Source: Rozella allomycis CSF55 (lineage: Eukaryota). Taken from it: a stretch of DNA of 32,638 bases. Shown piece after piece: positions 11,729-25,170 of this stretch. The notes under the pieces were generated by a model that worked only from the letters and a program-made list of their open reading frames with translations, ran no database searches and was not told the DNA's origin. Every line of letters begins with the position of its first letter. Within the stretch, counting starts at the first letter, position 1. Location of the stretch: positions 1 to 32,638 of the forward strand of contig KE560857.1 of assembly GCA_000442015.1 (NCBI GenBank), given 5' to 3'. The position numbers and the translations under genes are program-made.

Positions 11729-12310
11729 ATGTCTATTATACGTTCAATATTAACTTTTTGTGCATTTTTATGTCTAGTTGCTTGCAATTCTAATGGTGCT
11801 CCTGTATGTTCAGTAAATCAAGCCACCATGAGCTCTGGAATGGGCGGGTCAAATACAGCCCTTGGATTCGTATTATCAGCGGACAACTCGACTTACAAAG
11901 CATCTGGAACGATCACATTGACTTTGGATGGGCCATCAACATACATTGGGATATTACTTTGGTCATCTTCAAGTTTTGGCAACATTGGAACTTTTACAAT
12001 CCCGGATCAAGAGCACAAGAATCCCACTTGCGATAAGTCGAGCGGGGTCTTAACACACACCTCAAATGATCCAAAAACAGTTCCAATCAGTTTCTCATGG
12101 AAAGCGCCAAATGGAAATGCAGGGGATATTACATTTAAAGCAGCCGTCGTTGGACAAACAAGAACTTCTTGGCAATTATTGGATGATGTGGTTGTTAAAG
12201 GTACTGCAAGCGACCCCAAGTATGGTCAATCTTCAAGCACAAGTCTTTTGTGCAACTTGCATTTGATTATGGTATTATCCTTGTTAATTACGCTGTACAT
12301 TAGTCTGTAA
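11729..12310 (+). CDS. Secreted Reeler-domain protein, probably GPI-anchored, intronless
   Basis: N-terminal signal peptide; NGAP-C, GTF, LTHTS..PK, SWKAP..GDITFKAAVV Reeler pattern; Ser-rich linker followed by a hydrophobic C-terminus. Confidence 0.8.
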   Translation: MSIIRSILTFCAFLCLVACNSNGAPVCSVNQATMSSGMGGSNTALGFVLSADNSTYKASGTITLTLDGPSTYIGILLWSSSSFGNIGTFTIPDQEHKNPTCDKSSGVLTHTSNDPKTVPISFSWKAPNGNAGDITFKAAVVGQTRTSWQLLDDVVVKGTASDPKYGQSSSTSLLCNLHLIMVLSLLITLYISL

Positions 12311-12451
12311 AACTAGAACGCAAAAATTATAAATAAAAATAGTGCTTTACAGACAGTAGGTTTTATCATAAGAAACAAGAGTGAATGATTAAATCACATT
12401 TTCAATCGCCTTAAAGATGCTATCGTGGCTGAGTCATCCAAACAAAGCTAA

Positions 12452-13489
12452 ATGGAAAATATGGGTTTTACAACTTCTCCCTCCCTTTTCACACCTGCAG
12501 CAACCCAGAACGATGGATTTGTTCCTATTACAGATCCGAAAACAGTACCCGCTTTTCTTAACAAACTGTACAAGTAAGTGAAAATTATTTGCTGTATTTT
12601 AGCATGGTCAGTGATTCTTCATCAAGTCATCTAATAAGATGGAGCGACAGCGGAAATTCTTTTATTGGTATTTAATTTTTCTCTCTTAATATTAGTTACC
12701 AAGCCAGATGACTTTTCAAGAGAGGTTTTGCCCCGATTTTTTAAACATGGAAATTTTACCAGTTTTGTCCGACAATTAAATATGTACGGCTTTCACAAAG
12801 TCCCTCATTTGCAACAAGGGGTTTTGATAGCTGGAGACAACACTCCTGATTATTGGGAGTTTGCCAATGATCTATTTAAAAAGAACAAGCCAGAATTGCT
12901 TTGTTTCTTGAAGCGGAAAACTGGAAAAGAAAGCTCCGACGAAAAAGAAAGCATGGATGTTAAAATGCTATTGAATGAATTGTCAACTATAAAGCAACAA
13001 CAGCTGAATATTACCGAAGAATTAAAGAATCTGCAAAGAGACAATCAACTTTTATGGTCAGAATCAATTGCTGCAAGGGAAAGACATATGAAGCAAGAAG
13101 AAATGATCAATAAAATTGTTAGATTTCTTGGGCAAATGTTTGCCAACGACAGGTCGTCTTCTATTCTTCCAAAGAGCAAGAAGAGACACTTAATGATCCA
13201 AGCTAATGATTTATTAAACACAAATAAAAATATTCCTCAGTCGTCATCCGATAAAGTGATGGAATTGCCAGAGGATAAAATTTCTAATATGGATTTCAAA
13301 ATTTCTCAAACTAAAAATGACATTCAGGGAATCAATGAAGATATTGACATTTTGGAAACTAATTTGCAAGATTTGACTGATTCTCTTGGTCTTAATGAGG
13401 ACTGCAAGTTTGATGAGAACTTTCTCGATGGGTATAATAACTCTGTCTCTGACGACTTTGACATAACCAAATTCATTAACATTAATTAA
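12452..13489 (+). CDS. HSF1: Heat shock transcription factor, 2 introns
   Basis: VPAFLNKLY|NMVSD..LIRWSDSGNSFI|V...VLPRFFKHGNFTSFVRQLNMYGFHKV, followed by an HR-A/B coiled coil. Confidence 0.9.
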
Positions 13490-13533
13490 TAAATAAATTC
13501 CCTTTTCTTTTCAAAATGTTTTAGAGGTTTTCT

Positions 13534-13541
13534 AACCCTTG
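13534..13541 (+). promoter_or_regulatory. Start-proximal AACCCTTG motif (RPN5)
   Basis: The exact 8-mer also precedes the Nup and NOP1 ATGs; 23 nt before ATG 13565. Confidence 0.55.
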
Positions 13542-13564
13542 TTAGGACATCCAATTTACAGAGT

Positions 13565-15119
13565 ATGGGAGACGTTAAAATGGAGCGTGATTTTTCAGTA
13601 GAAACAGATGCTACTATATCTCTTTGTGATAAAAAACTCCTGGTAACATTTTAAAAGCTTGAATATTAGGCTGGAAACCCATCTGAAGCCTTGGAGTCTC
13701 TATTTTCACTTGAAAAGCAAACCAGATTGGTATGATATTTTAAAGTGTATAAAAAATAGGCTGGCGATGCGTTCTCTACAGGAAAATTGCTAGTAAAGAT
13801 AATAACTGTGAACCAGCAACTATCTGATTGGAAAGCTGTTAATGATAATCTTTTACTTCTCTCAAAGAAGCGAGGCCAGTTAAAGCAAGTATTAAGAAAT
13901 GTTAAGCTTAATAGGCTATTACTGTCATGGTTCAAAAAGCTGTTTCAATGGTTGACCAAACCCCAAACATGTCTATCAAATTAGACTTGATCAACACTCT
14001 TCGTTCTGTTACTGAAGGAAAGATTTTCGTAGAGGTTGAGAGAGCTAGATTAACTAAAATGCTTTCTGGACTTAAAGAGCAAGAAGGGAATCTTAAAGAA
14101 GCAACCGAAATTCTTCATGAATTACAAATTGAAACTTTTGGATCAATGGATAAGCGCGAGAAAGTTGATTTTATTCTTGAGCAAATGAGGCTTGGACTCG
14201 CCATTAAAGACTTTGTGAAAACGCAAGTCATTAGCAAGAAAATAAGTTCTAAATTTCTTCAAGAAGATGAAAATGAAGTAACTTTATAATAAATGCGTGA
14301 CTCGAGGATCTCAAGCTTAGATTTTACCACTTGATGATCCAAATTGGTTTGCATGACAATTCATACTTGGATATATGCAAGTATTATCAACAGATTTATC
14401 AATGCAAATCGATCAAGGAAGATTCTATGAAGTATACAGACGTAATGACTAATTTTCAAAATTATAGACACTACGTCATGTGGCGATGTTTGTTGCCTTG
14501 GCGCCATTTTCAAATGAGCAAGTGGATCTTTTGCATCACATTTACCTTGATAAAAATTTAAATAATCTTCCTATTTACAAGTAAAATTGTTATTTTCTAT
14601 TTAATAAAACAGGGAATTGTTGAAATGTTTGTCGACCACAGAGCTACTTCGCTGGGTTGTTGTCCAGGACGCCTTTGCACAAGAAAAGCAAACGCTCGCA
14701 GCATTTTCAGGAGTTGAAGGCCAAAAGAGATGGAATGATTTAAAGGATCGAATTGTAGAGCATGTAAATAAAACTAGTAAGCCCGAGTTAGAATATTCGC
14801 GTGATAAACTCGCATTATGAGTGTATCTCTTTTAAGCGTTTTGTTCAACTTTTAGAGTTGAATGCCGATGTAAGTTTTTAGATTTAATAAAATTCAGGAA
14901 GCTGAAGAAGCTTTCTCCAAAATGGTGGTTGCAAAGACCATCCAGGCTAAAATGGATAGGCCTTTGGGAATAATAAACTTTCGTCTTGCGAGGAAAAAGG
15001 AGGAAGTTTTGAATGAATGGTCCACAAAGGTCAATGACATTTTAACTCTTTTAGTTAAAACTAACCACTTGATTAATAAGGAAGAAATGGTTAACAAAAT
15101 TGTTAAAGCAAATAAATAA
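13565..15119 (+). CDS. RPN5: 26S proteasome lid subunit Rpn5/PSMD12, 8 introns
   Basis: [86 protein letters not shown]. Confidence 0.96.
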
Positions 15120-15134
15120 AATTTGAGCTTTATT

Positions 15135-16362
15135 TCAAAATATCCTTCGTGTTCTTTTTCTGAGCATGTAAGCAACAAAGATGACCGTAAAAAAGAGGAG
15201 GATTCTCTTAATTGTTTTCTGATTGATAAATGACTTTTTCGGATTAGAATTTTTATTAGAAATTGATGATTCTATTGACGAAAGTTTTTTCTGTACACTA
15301 TTCAGGTCTTCACAAACAGCAGATTCAACTTTCACGCGAGAAACTTCTGGACAAAATGGTTCATGTACTTCATTCGTCTCCTTATCGTCATTGGGCCCTT
15401 CATCTGAAATATTGGACATGGCATCAAAATAGAGACTATCTCTTGAACTCGACTCAATCTCTTCATTAATACTTGTATCGCCCAAAGTATAAGGTTCAAT
15501 AAAGCATTCACATGTGTCAAATGAAAATATAAAAGAATCTAAACCACCAAAGCCTGTAGTAAAATATTTGCAAACTAAATTACTAGATAGAATATTTTCT
15601 TTTTCTATGTACAATTCTAATTCATTCTTTTTCACAAAAATAATCTTCTTTTGAAAATTGTCTGGAAGCATTTTCTTCACTAGATTCCAAACGCCATTTA
15701 ATATCCATGGCATGTCAATTATAAAGACTATAAATATACATTTAATAATTAGTCTCACCTTGATTTACATATCCTGGATAGTATTTAAAAGCTATGTCAA
15801 GTAAGATCGGTGCCAAACTAAAGTCCTGTTTAAGACACAAACAGTTATTACCACTTGACTTAAACTAAACCCCTCCAGATTTACTACAACTGTAAAATCC
15901 ATCATCGGTTTGATTGCCACCCGTCCACTTTCCAGAATAAAGTAGAGGTATTTCTTAAACTCATCAAAATTATTTAGATATGATTTTTTAAAGTACTTTA
16001 GATTTACCCATCTTTCTAATTTTATGCATTTACGTACCCTATTGTGCGACCTGTCTTATCCCTGTTTCTATAAAATATCAATGGGTCAGATTTAAATTGA
16101 GCAGGGACATTTTCATTGTTCAGATATGAATCAATTTTATTTTGAATCCGCCATTCTACAATTTCAATTAAAGCCTTTAACGATAGATCAGAGTCATGGG
16201 AGTAAACTTCGAGTATTCTTTTAATATTGTCTCAATTTGAAGGGTTTGGTGTAACTTACTCGAGTCCTTAATATAATCAATTATTGATTTCTCGATATAT
16301 GAATCTAATCTTTTTCCTCCGATGTGTTCTAAAAGTGTTTCTGCTATTCTCTCTTGCAACAT
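15135..16362 (-). CDS. CRAL-TRIO/Sec14-family lipid-binding protein with C-terminal TM anchor, 5 introns
   Basis: EWRIQNKI, RDKTGRTI|GWVNL, VVVNLEGFSLSQV|DF, YYPG, FIIDMPWILNGVWNLVKKML, FGGL; tail RILLFFTVIFVAYMLRKRTRR. Confidence 0.85.
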
Positions 16363-16863
16363 TCCAGAAAAGGTATCCAAGCAAGGCTCTATAAGAAATT
16401 AAGTGCTTGTTTGGAACAAGACGAGCTAAACGAATAAATCAAAATGTCAAATAATTTGAATGTGAAAATTGACACTTAATAGTATTTAACTTAAATCTAA
16501 CATTAATTTGCCAATTGTACTATTTTTTTCTCGCAGTTTTCATGTGTGTTGAATACAAACCAGGTTTTTAAATTGACTTACAGATCTAACAATTAGACTT
16601 TTTGATTTAGAAAATCTCAAGTACTACATGGTATCCAAGGAATTGCTAAAAAAGAGTAAAAAGGAATATGAAACTTTACAAAAGGCATTTCAAGCAGAGA
16701 TAAAAGTATTCAATTTATCTTTTCATTAATTGGATTACTAACCGCATGTAGGCATTTACATTTTAACTAACAAGACTACTTGAAACCTCTAAATTTCGAT
16801 CTTCTGCATCTTATATTGTCTCAAATTTTAGCCTTCTTCTACATATTCAAAAATTACAATTCA

Positions 16864-17809
16864 ATGACTAGCATATCGCCCCAAACCTCAATAACTGCAA
16901 CTGCCGAGAAAGTTGCACTTACTGCCGATTCGGATTCGCAAAACAATATTTTTAAAAATGATATTAAAGACATGGTAGAAGGGATTCTTAAAGTATTTGA
17001 TTCTCCTTTAGATCCAAATGAATGGGAAAGCACTGTTGATAATGATGATATTCAAATTTATCAGAATAAGAGGTCGCAATGCTGCTTCAGAATACACGCT
17101 TCACTCCAAAATTGTGCCGAATCATGTTTTGACCTCCTTTCAGATCCCATGGAAAGGCCTAAATGGGACGAATTGTGTGAATTCGCGCGTGTAGTTGAGG
17201 AGGTAGACAAATTCACCAGAATAGTTTATGTTAGAATGAAACCTGTTTGGCCTACCAGTGCGAGAGACGTAGTTCTTCTTTCTCATGTTACAAAGCTCCC
17301 TGATGGCAGATTACTGAATGTTACAAAGAGCATTACTCACCCAGATTGTCCTGATCTATCGTCTGAAGGAATTGTTAGAATGGAAGCTGGCATAGCCGGT
17401 CAAATATGTATTAAAAGCACTTCTAATAGATGTAAACTAATTCAAATCGCAGACGGTGACTTGGGTGGATGGATCCCTAAAAGTGTGATCAAATTTGGTA
17501 AGCCCAATTTTTGCAAACAAATAAGTCGCTACAAAAGCTCTTCCTAATTCATTCAAGGCTGTTAATAAAATATTATGCAAGATCGAACAAAAGGAAAAAT
17601 CGCACCTTGCTGAAGGAGAAAGCACTGAAGAAGTAGATTTATTGAAAGAGCTTGCCGTCTTAAAATCACGAGTTAATAAATTGGAAGAAATGGTAGAAAG
17701 CCTCACACCATCGGGTATACAACTCTTCATTGGTCATGCTACTCCTATAGTGGCTGGAATTACGGCAATAGCCACTGCGATTAGCATATTCAGGTCTAGG
17801 CGTCAATAA
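16864..17809 (+). CDS. START-domain lipid transfer protein with coiled coil and C-terminal TM anchor, 1 intron
   Basis: RPKWDELC, KPVWPTSARDVV, GIVRMEAG, DLGGWIPKSVIKF|V. The final exon ends TPIVAGITAIATAISIFRSRRQ. Confidence 0.88.
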
Positions 17810-18115
17810 AAGGCGTAAATAAAGAGGTTAATTTACAGCTAAAGCTTTTTTCGCATGCCTTGTTGGCGCCTTTTAATTGTACATTGGTCTACGTTATGAA
17901 AACAAGTCCAAAAAGACGATATGTGTCGGTTAAGTATAAATTATTCAATTTCAATTTAATCAATCATCTATAGAGCCGGATTCACAATGACAATAAATAT
18001 AAAGAACCCAAATTTTCAAATCGTTTGTCCTATTTTATTTCAAAAACCTAACCAATTAATCATACAATAGCTATTTCATTCACACAAGAGAGCATCTAAT
18101 TCAAGAACTACCTGA

Positions 18116-18419
18116 TCATGAATTCATGTCAAGCCATTGAGTATAAGCAAAGCAATCGTTTCTCTCTACAGGATCTTCAATAACAAATTGTATTTCCTTT
18201 TCTGTCGTATTAAAAATGCTAAAACAAATAAGCAATTAAGTAATACAATGAAACAAACGCCAAAATCTTGTACTGGCCAGGCAAACCAGGAAAATAGAAA
18301 ATAACCTTCTGACTCTTGATCCGATTAACAAAATAATACAAAAAATGTGCCAGCCTATTTGGATTAATAACACTAAGTACTTTGTACTTTAAAAAGTTAC
18401 TGTATGTCGAAGCGCTCAT
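18116..18419 (-). CDS. Possible small hypothetical protein; exon structure unresolved
   Basis: ATG 18419 ORF plus a 28-nt GT-AG candidate intron gives an extension IFNTTEKEIQFVIEDPVERNDCFAYTQWLDMNS. No recognised homology. Confidence 0.3.
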
Positions 18420-18539
18420 TTAGACTATGATCAGGAACACAGTGTATTGTAGGAATTATTAAAGTGGCATTATCTTTACTTACTGAATGTATATTTGACC
18501 GTATTTCAACTTTCATCGTTTTCTTAGGGAAATTTCATC

Positions 18540-18915
18540 ATGTCACTCTCAAAAATCGTATACATGTTGTTTGTTCCACTGTGGATATACATTGGTTACC
18601 GCCTTAAAGAAAGTGAAGACTACCTCTTTAATTTTCCAAGTTTGTTTAACCAAGTCCTCTTTAGTCTAAAGCCGGCAAATGCTATCGAGGGATCGTTTTT
18701 CGTAATGATTCATAAGGTGTAGCTTGATAAAGGGTGTATTAGCAGCAACTTTGCTAACCATGGTCTTTAGCTTCGTTGTGCTATCGATTCCGTTCTTCGT
18801 ATTGGCTAAGCAGGAGTCTCAAAGAGTAATTACATACTGAGTAATAAAAAAGCCGTATAGATACACATATAGAACTTCAGCTAGATCCAACCTAGCCAGA
18901 AGAGGAAGCTTTTAA
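18540..18915 (+). CDS. Small hypothetical 2-TM membrane protein, 2 predicted introns
   Basis: The ORF from 18540 joins through 27-28 nt GT-AG introns to LIKGVLAATLLTMVFSFVVLSIPFFVLAK and a final exon ending at TAA 18915. Confidence 0.55.
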
Positions 18916-18926
18916 CAGACAGATGA

Positions 18927-19877
18927 TTATTTTATTAATAAACCAGTTATCATTGTTAAAACAAAAAGATAAATTTGGCTTTGGAATGTAAATAATTGGA
19001 TCAAGGCTGGGCCGGGGCAAATACCGCAAAGTCCCCATCCAAAGCCAAAAATAGAGGAGCCTATGATCAAGTCGGTATCCACGCTGCATTTAGATGGAGT
19101 GGCAAATTCATCTTCCAGTACAGGTTTCTTCATTTTCCTGATTTCTCGTCTGTATGCTACCAAATTAGGAGCAATGGCGCCCAGGATAATCATTAATAGG
19201 TTTGGGTTGAAGAGAGATGGTTCAGAAAATATAGATAGGAAACCTAATACAGATGAAGACTTAACCATTCCCGTAAGACCTAAACCAGTCCCAAATAACA
19301 GACCGGCATAAAACGCAGCAAAGTTTAAGCTTGTAGACATTATCTTTTTAGCCCAAATGACAGAAAATATTAAAAATATGAGTGAAAGGAACAAAGTGGA
19401 ATATTTGAATTGAAAATTGTCGGACCACACGGAATTATTTGGGAATAGATACACGGCAATCATTGCATTTGTAAAGAACATTAGTGTAGCAAATATTGAT
19501 CTAATTGATAGCCTTGAAAGCCCACAAAGCATATGCCCAGAAGTACAACCGCATGCTTTTCTGGCTCCATAACCTACTAAAAATCCACCTAATGCAAATC
19601 TAGGCAAGTTTGCTTGCCCATAGTCATACCTGATAAGTGAACCAAAATAAATATTTTACCACCCTAATAGCGCTGGTGTGAATAGACGTAATAATAAGCC
19701 AGCGGATAATAGCCCTGAAAGAAAGAACAATTTCCATTTTGAATCTCTGGGTTCTAGGATGCATGATTTAATGATTCCAGAAATACCGACAACTTTTCCG
19801 TAGTATTTAAGTAGTAAATAAACCGGCAAACCGAGATAAAAGGCGCCTATTAAAGCAAGAGTAAGGTCATTGATCAT
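18927..19877 (-). CDS. YeeE/YedE-family (TsuA-like) thiosulfate/sulfur-compound transporter, 1 intron
   Basis: GKVVGISGI, GGFLVGYGA..ACGCTSGHMLCGLSRLSIRS, GLLFGTGLGLTGM, GSSIFGFGWGLCGICPGPAL. Confidence 0.9.
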
Positions 19878-19911
19878 TTTGAATTTTGAATTCTGAAATT
19901 CGATTATTTGA

Positions 19912-20151
19912 ATGGAAGGTAGTAGTCCTCAAAAGCAGCATATATTGCTTGCGTTGGAACATATAGCCATGGAAGTGGAGAGTGAGAAATTCGGCTGTGG
20001 TGAAGGGACTGTTGATGATCAAATAAATGAAGAATTTTTGAAATCAACTATTGATTATGAGAGACAAAAGGAGAATACAATGGTGTGGTATGGAAAGGTG
20101 AAGAAATTCCATGAAAATCTGAAAGTTGAGAGTGATCGAGGAGATAGTTGA
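19912..20151 (+). CDS. Hypothetical 79-aa acidic protein
   Basis: Intact ORF filling the gap divergent from YeeE, with AATAAA at the stop codon like neighbouring genes. No recognised family. Confidence 0.45.
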   Translation: MEGSSPQKQHILLALEHIAMEVESEKFGCGEGTVDDQINEEFLKSTIDYERQKENTMVWYGKVKKFHENLKVESDRGDS

Positions 20152-20249
20152 ATAAAATGAATGATTTTTGATTTTAAATTTTTAACTTTGAATATTGATG
20201 TGAATCGTTAGGATTATTGTTTATTTTGAACGAGTTTCGCGCCAAATTA

Positions 20250-20257
20250 AACCCTTG
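20250..20257 (+). promoter_or_regulatory. Start-proximal AACCCTTG motif (nucleoporin)
   Basis: 17 nt before ATG 20275. Confidence 0.55.
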
Positions 20258-20274
20258 TCTTTAGAAAATAGAAT

Positions 20275-23243
20275 ATGAAAGATATACAAAAGAGGAGAAG
20301 AATAGTTCATTCCAAGCCATATTTGAGAAAACCCAAAGTAAAAAAAATTATTTTTGTAGAAAGATAAATGCAGTAGAAAGAAAACCATTTTTTAGTAGAA
20401 TAAAGGAGGTATTTTTTGGGTTTTTAAATCCATTTCAAGGAAGAGAAAGGGAAGAGTTATTTGGGTCAGTAGAAGAAGAAAAGATGGCTGTAGAACAAGA
20501 AGAAAATAGCGAAAAAGAGCAAGTTGAGATTATTTTAGAGAAAAATGTGAAGAATATAGCACCGCCAGAGATTACAGAGGAAACCAAAAAGACGAATGAA
20601 TTTTTGTTTCAATTTTTCCGACAAAAAGGAAATGAGGCGTTGACTGAAAGAGAGCAAGAATTTTTAGTGTCGTTGATCAAGGGAGGTGTGTTGGATAAGA
20701 AAGAAGAAAAAGAAACGAGTGAATTTCTAAGAGTTGAGAAAATTGTAGATGAAGAAACTAAAAATATCAAAAAGATTGTAAAGAACATTGAGACAGTACC
20801 CGAAAAGCCGGAGAGAAGGAAAAGAAAAAATAAAGTGAAAAAACAAGTGCCATATGAAAGAAAAAGTAAAAATAGATTTTCAGCGAAAGAAATTTGTGAT
20901 GAATATGAAATTATAACGTTGGAAGCCCCGGCAGTTGAGAAAAAGGAGATTAGCATTCAAACTAATGAAATTTCGTTAATTCCCAAACTAGATGAGATTA
21001 TATTTGAAACCAGTCCAAAGGAAGGAAAGAAGATTTTAGATGAAAAGAAGATTTTAGAAGAAAAGAATGAAAAGAGAATGTTGAAAGATGAAAAGAATTT
21101 AATAAATGAAAAAATATTAATAAATGAAAAAGAAAATTTTTCTTTCATGCAAAATAAAGAAGAGAGTTCGAAATTTCAAAACATTAAATTTGAGTTTGGA
21201 AAAGAAAATCAATCGAGTGACAAAAAGGAAGAAAAGATTCAATCTTTCCAGTTTGGTGGAAAAGAAGAGAAATCTTTCCAATTTGGCGGTAAAGAAGAGA
21301 AATCTTTCCAATTTGGCGGTAAAGAAGAGAAATCTTTCCAATTTGGCGGTAAAGAAGAGAAATCTTTCCAATTTGGCGGTAAAGAAGAGAAATCTTTCCA
21401 ATTTGGCGGTAAAGAAGAGAAATCTTTCCAATTTGGCGGTAAAGAAGAGAAATCTTTCCAATTTGGCGGTAAAGAAGAGAAATCTTTCCAATTTGGCGGT
21501 AAAGAAGAGAAATCTTTCCAATTTGGCGGTAAAGAAGAGAAATCTTTCCAATTTGGCGGTAAAGAAGAGAAATCTTTCCAATTTGGCGGTAAAGAAGAGA
21601 AATCTTTCCAATTTGGCGGTAAAGAAGAGAAATCTTTCCAATTTGGCGGTAAAGAAGAGAAATCTTTCCAATTTGGCGGTAAAGAAGAGAAATCTTTCCA
21701 ATTTGGCGGTAAAGAAGAGAAATCTTTCCAATTTGGCGGTAAAGAAGAGAAATCTTTCCAATTTGGCGGTAAAGAAGAGAAATCTTTCCAATTTGGCGGT
21801 AAAGAAGAGAAATCTTTCCAATTTGGCGGTAAAGAAGAGAAATCTTACCAGTTTGGTGGAAAGGAAAAATCTTTCCAGTTTGGCGGCGATCTACCTAAAT
21901 TTCAATTTGGAAATCTAGAAAAACAAAAAGATTCAAAAATAGAAATGGATACCAAGCCACAACTAGATCTTAGATTTGAAAATGAAAATGTCTCCAAGAA
22001 AATTAAAGAACCAGAATCTTCTCTTGCTAAAGAAGCTTTGCCACTGATAGATCTATCAAAGAATGCAGAAGAAAAAAGTAAAGAAAAAAAGGTGCCTACT
22101 TTTTCATTTGGAGATTCAAAATTAAAATCCGAAGGTTTGGAACCATTTAAATTTGGCACTTCAAATACGAAAGAAGAATCCAACATTTCAAGTGAAAAGC
22201 CTTTTGACATTAAGAATTCAACCGTTTCTTCTGGCTTTACTTTTAACAGTGGAAGCAGCAACGTCAACAACGTTTCATCCTTTACATTCTCATCAACGCC
22301 AGCGACGAGTGGTTTCACGAGTGCAGCCAACTTTACAACGAGTACAGCGGGTACAACTAATGGACTTTCTACAGCGACTACAGCGGGTACATCTAATGGT
22401 CTTTCTTCAAATGATTTAACAAGTGGCCTTTCTACAGCCTCTACAGCGAATACTTTTACAAGTGGTCTGCCTACATCGACTTCAGTTGCTCCAACGAGTA
22501 CAACAACATCAATTTCTACAGCGATGCCTACTACAACGTCAACGTCTTCATTTCCTACAACAACATCAATGTCTACAACGATGCCTACTACAACTTCAAC
22601 GTCATCATTTCCTACAACAGCACCAACGTCTACAATTCCTACAACAACACCAATGTCTACAACGATGCCTACTCCAACGTCAACGTCAACGTCAACGTCA
22701 ATGGCAGCACCAACTTTCACGAATAATACCTTTACTTCCTTCAATACAAACAACAATTCTCTTCCTGCCAACAATTTTTATTCATTCTCTAATACTAATT
22801 CAACTGTCGATTCAAAACCTTCTTTTACTTTTGGCGCCACAAACACCACCAATACCGCGCCACCACAATTCGGCTTTTCATCTTCTTTCAACTCGGCACC
22901 TGCATCTACATTAAACTCTACATCAACCACTTTTAATTCTGCTCCTGCTTTTACTACAAACGATAATCCTCAAATATCTAATGCTTTTACAAGTCAGCCA
23001 CCGCAATTTACTTTTGGTGCTGCTCCAGCCATTAATTCTTTACAAAATAATTCAAACAGCTTTACAAATTCGCCAGTTTCAACTTCGATGCCTTTTGGAT
23101 CTTTAAACAATACAAATTCACCTGCCATGTCTAATGCGCCATTCCAGTTTGGTCAGAGCGGTAACAACACTCCAACAGGTTTTACAATGGGCGTAAAAAG
23201 TGAAAGGAAAATTTCTAAACCTATAAGCAAGAGAAGAAGATAA
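20275..23243 (+). CDS. Nuclear-basket FG nucleoporin, Nup1/Nup124/Nup153-like, 1 intron (20338-20363)
   Basis: N-terminal basic/PY segment KRRRIVHSKPY and amphipathic FFSRIKEVFFGFL; many FxFG motifs; C-terminal RKISKPISKRRR, typical of Nup1/Nup153 tails. Confidence 0.85.
21241..21887 (+). repeat. 30-bp coding tandem array (KSFQFGGKEE)
   Basis: 19 identical units of aatctttccaatttggcggtaaagaagaga at 21271-21840, plus about 3 degenerate flanking units. Confidence 0.98.
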
Positions 23244-23246
23244 ATA

Positions 23247-23356
23247 AATTGTATTTCTAGTTTTTTAAATTGTATTTTTAGTTTTTTAAACTGTAGTTCT
23301 AGTTTTTTAACCTACTTTTTTAAATTGTAGTTTCTCAAATTGTACATCTAGTTTTT
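23247..23356. repeat. Degenerate ~21-bp AT-rich tandem repeat in the convergent intergenic region
   Basis: About 4-5 variants of aaattgtatttctagtttttt. Confidence 0.7.
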
Positions 23357-23406
23357 ACTCACTTTAAAAATTAAATGCAAAGAATTCTTTATTTAAACAT
23401 TATTTT

Positions 23407-24911
<1,505 letters not shown>

Positions 24912-25152
24912 TTTTGAAAATTCCAAAAATATAACAGCTTCAATCAGATGTGCCTTTTGGTAATATATAATGACAGAGGAATGAGGATTGAAATTTAAAC
25001 AGTTTTAATGGTAGAACTGTAACTAACAATGACAATTTGGCTGGGAAAATCTTAAATTTTCATATTTAATATTTAAAATAGACAAATTATTTTGGACCTA
25101 TTTTTATTGTGTTTGTTTTTATTCGCGGTTATTGTTTATGTGGCTGATATCG

Positions 25153-25160
25153 AACCCTTG
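25153..25160 (+). promoter_or_regulatory. Start-proximal AACCCTTG motif (NOP1)
   Basis: 10 nt before ATG 25171. Confidence 0.55.
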
Positions 25161-25170
25161 CAAAGAAAAA

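Noticed and set aside
16444..16741. Possible micro-gene between the CRAL-TRIO and START genes, with a candidate TG-ending intron near 16706
   Set aside because: It needs a 20-nt intron, below the local minimum, and there is no homology to anchor the frame.
21241..21887. CRISPR-like regular repeat
   Set aside because: There are no unique spacers; the units are contiguous and encode in-frame FxFG repeats in a eukaryotic gene.
21117..22914. Long alternative-frame and antisense ORFs over the nucleoporin
   Set aside because: By-products of stop-free tandem repeats and low-complexity Thr/Ser codons.
24999..25020. 9-bp hairpin in the KDM4/NOP1 spacer as a possible ncRNA
   Set aside because: Short and AT-rich, with no convincing snoRNA or snRNA boxes.
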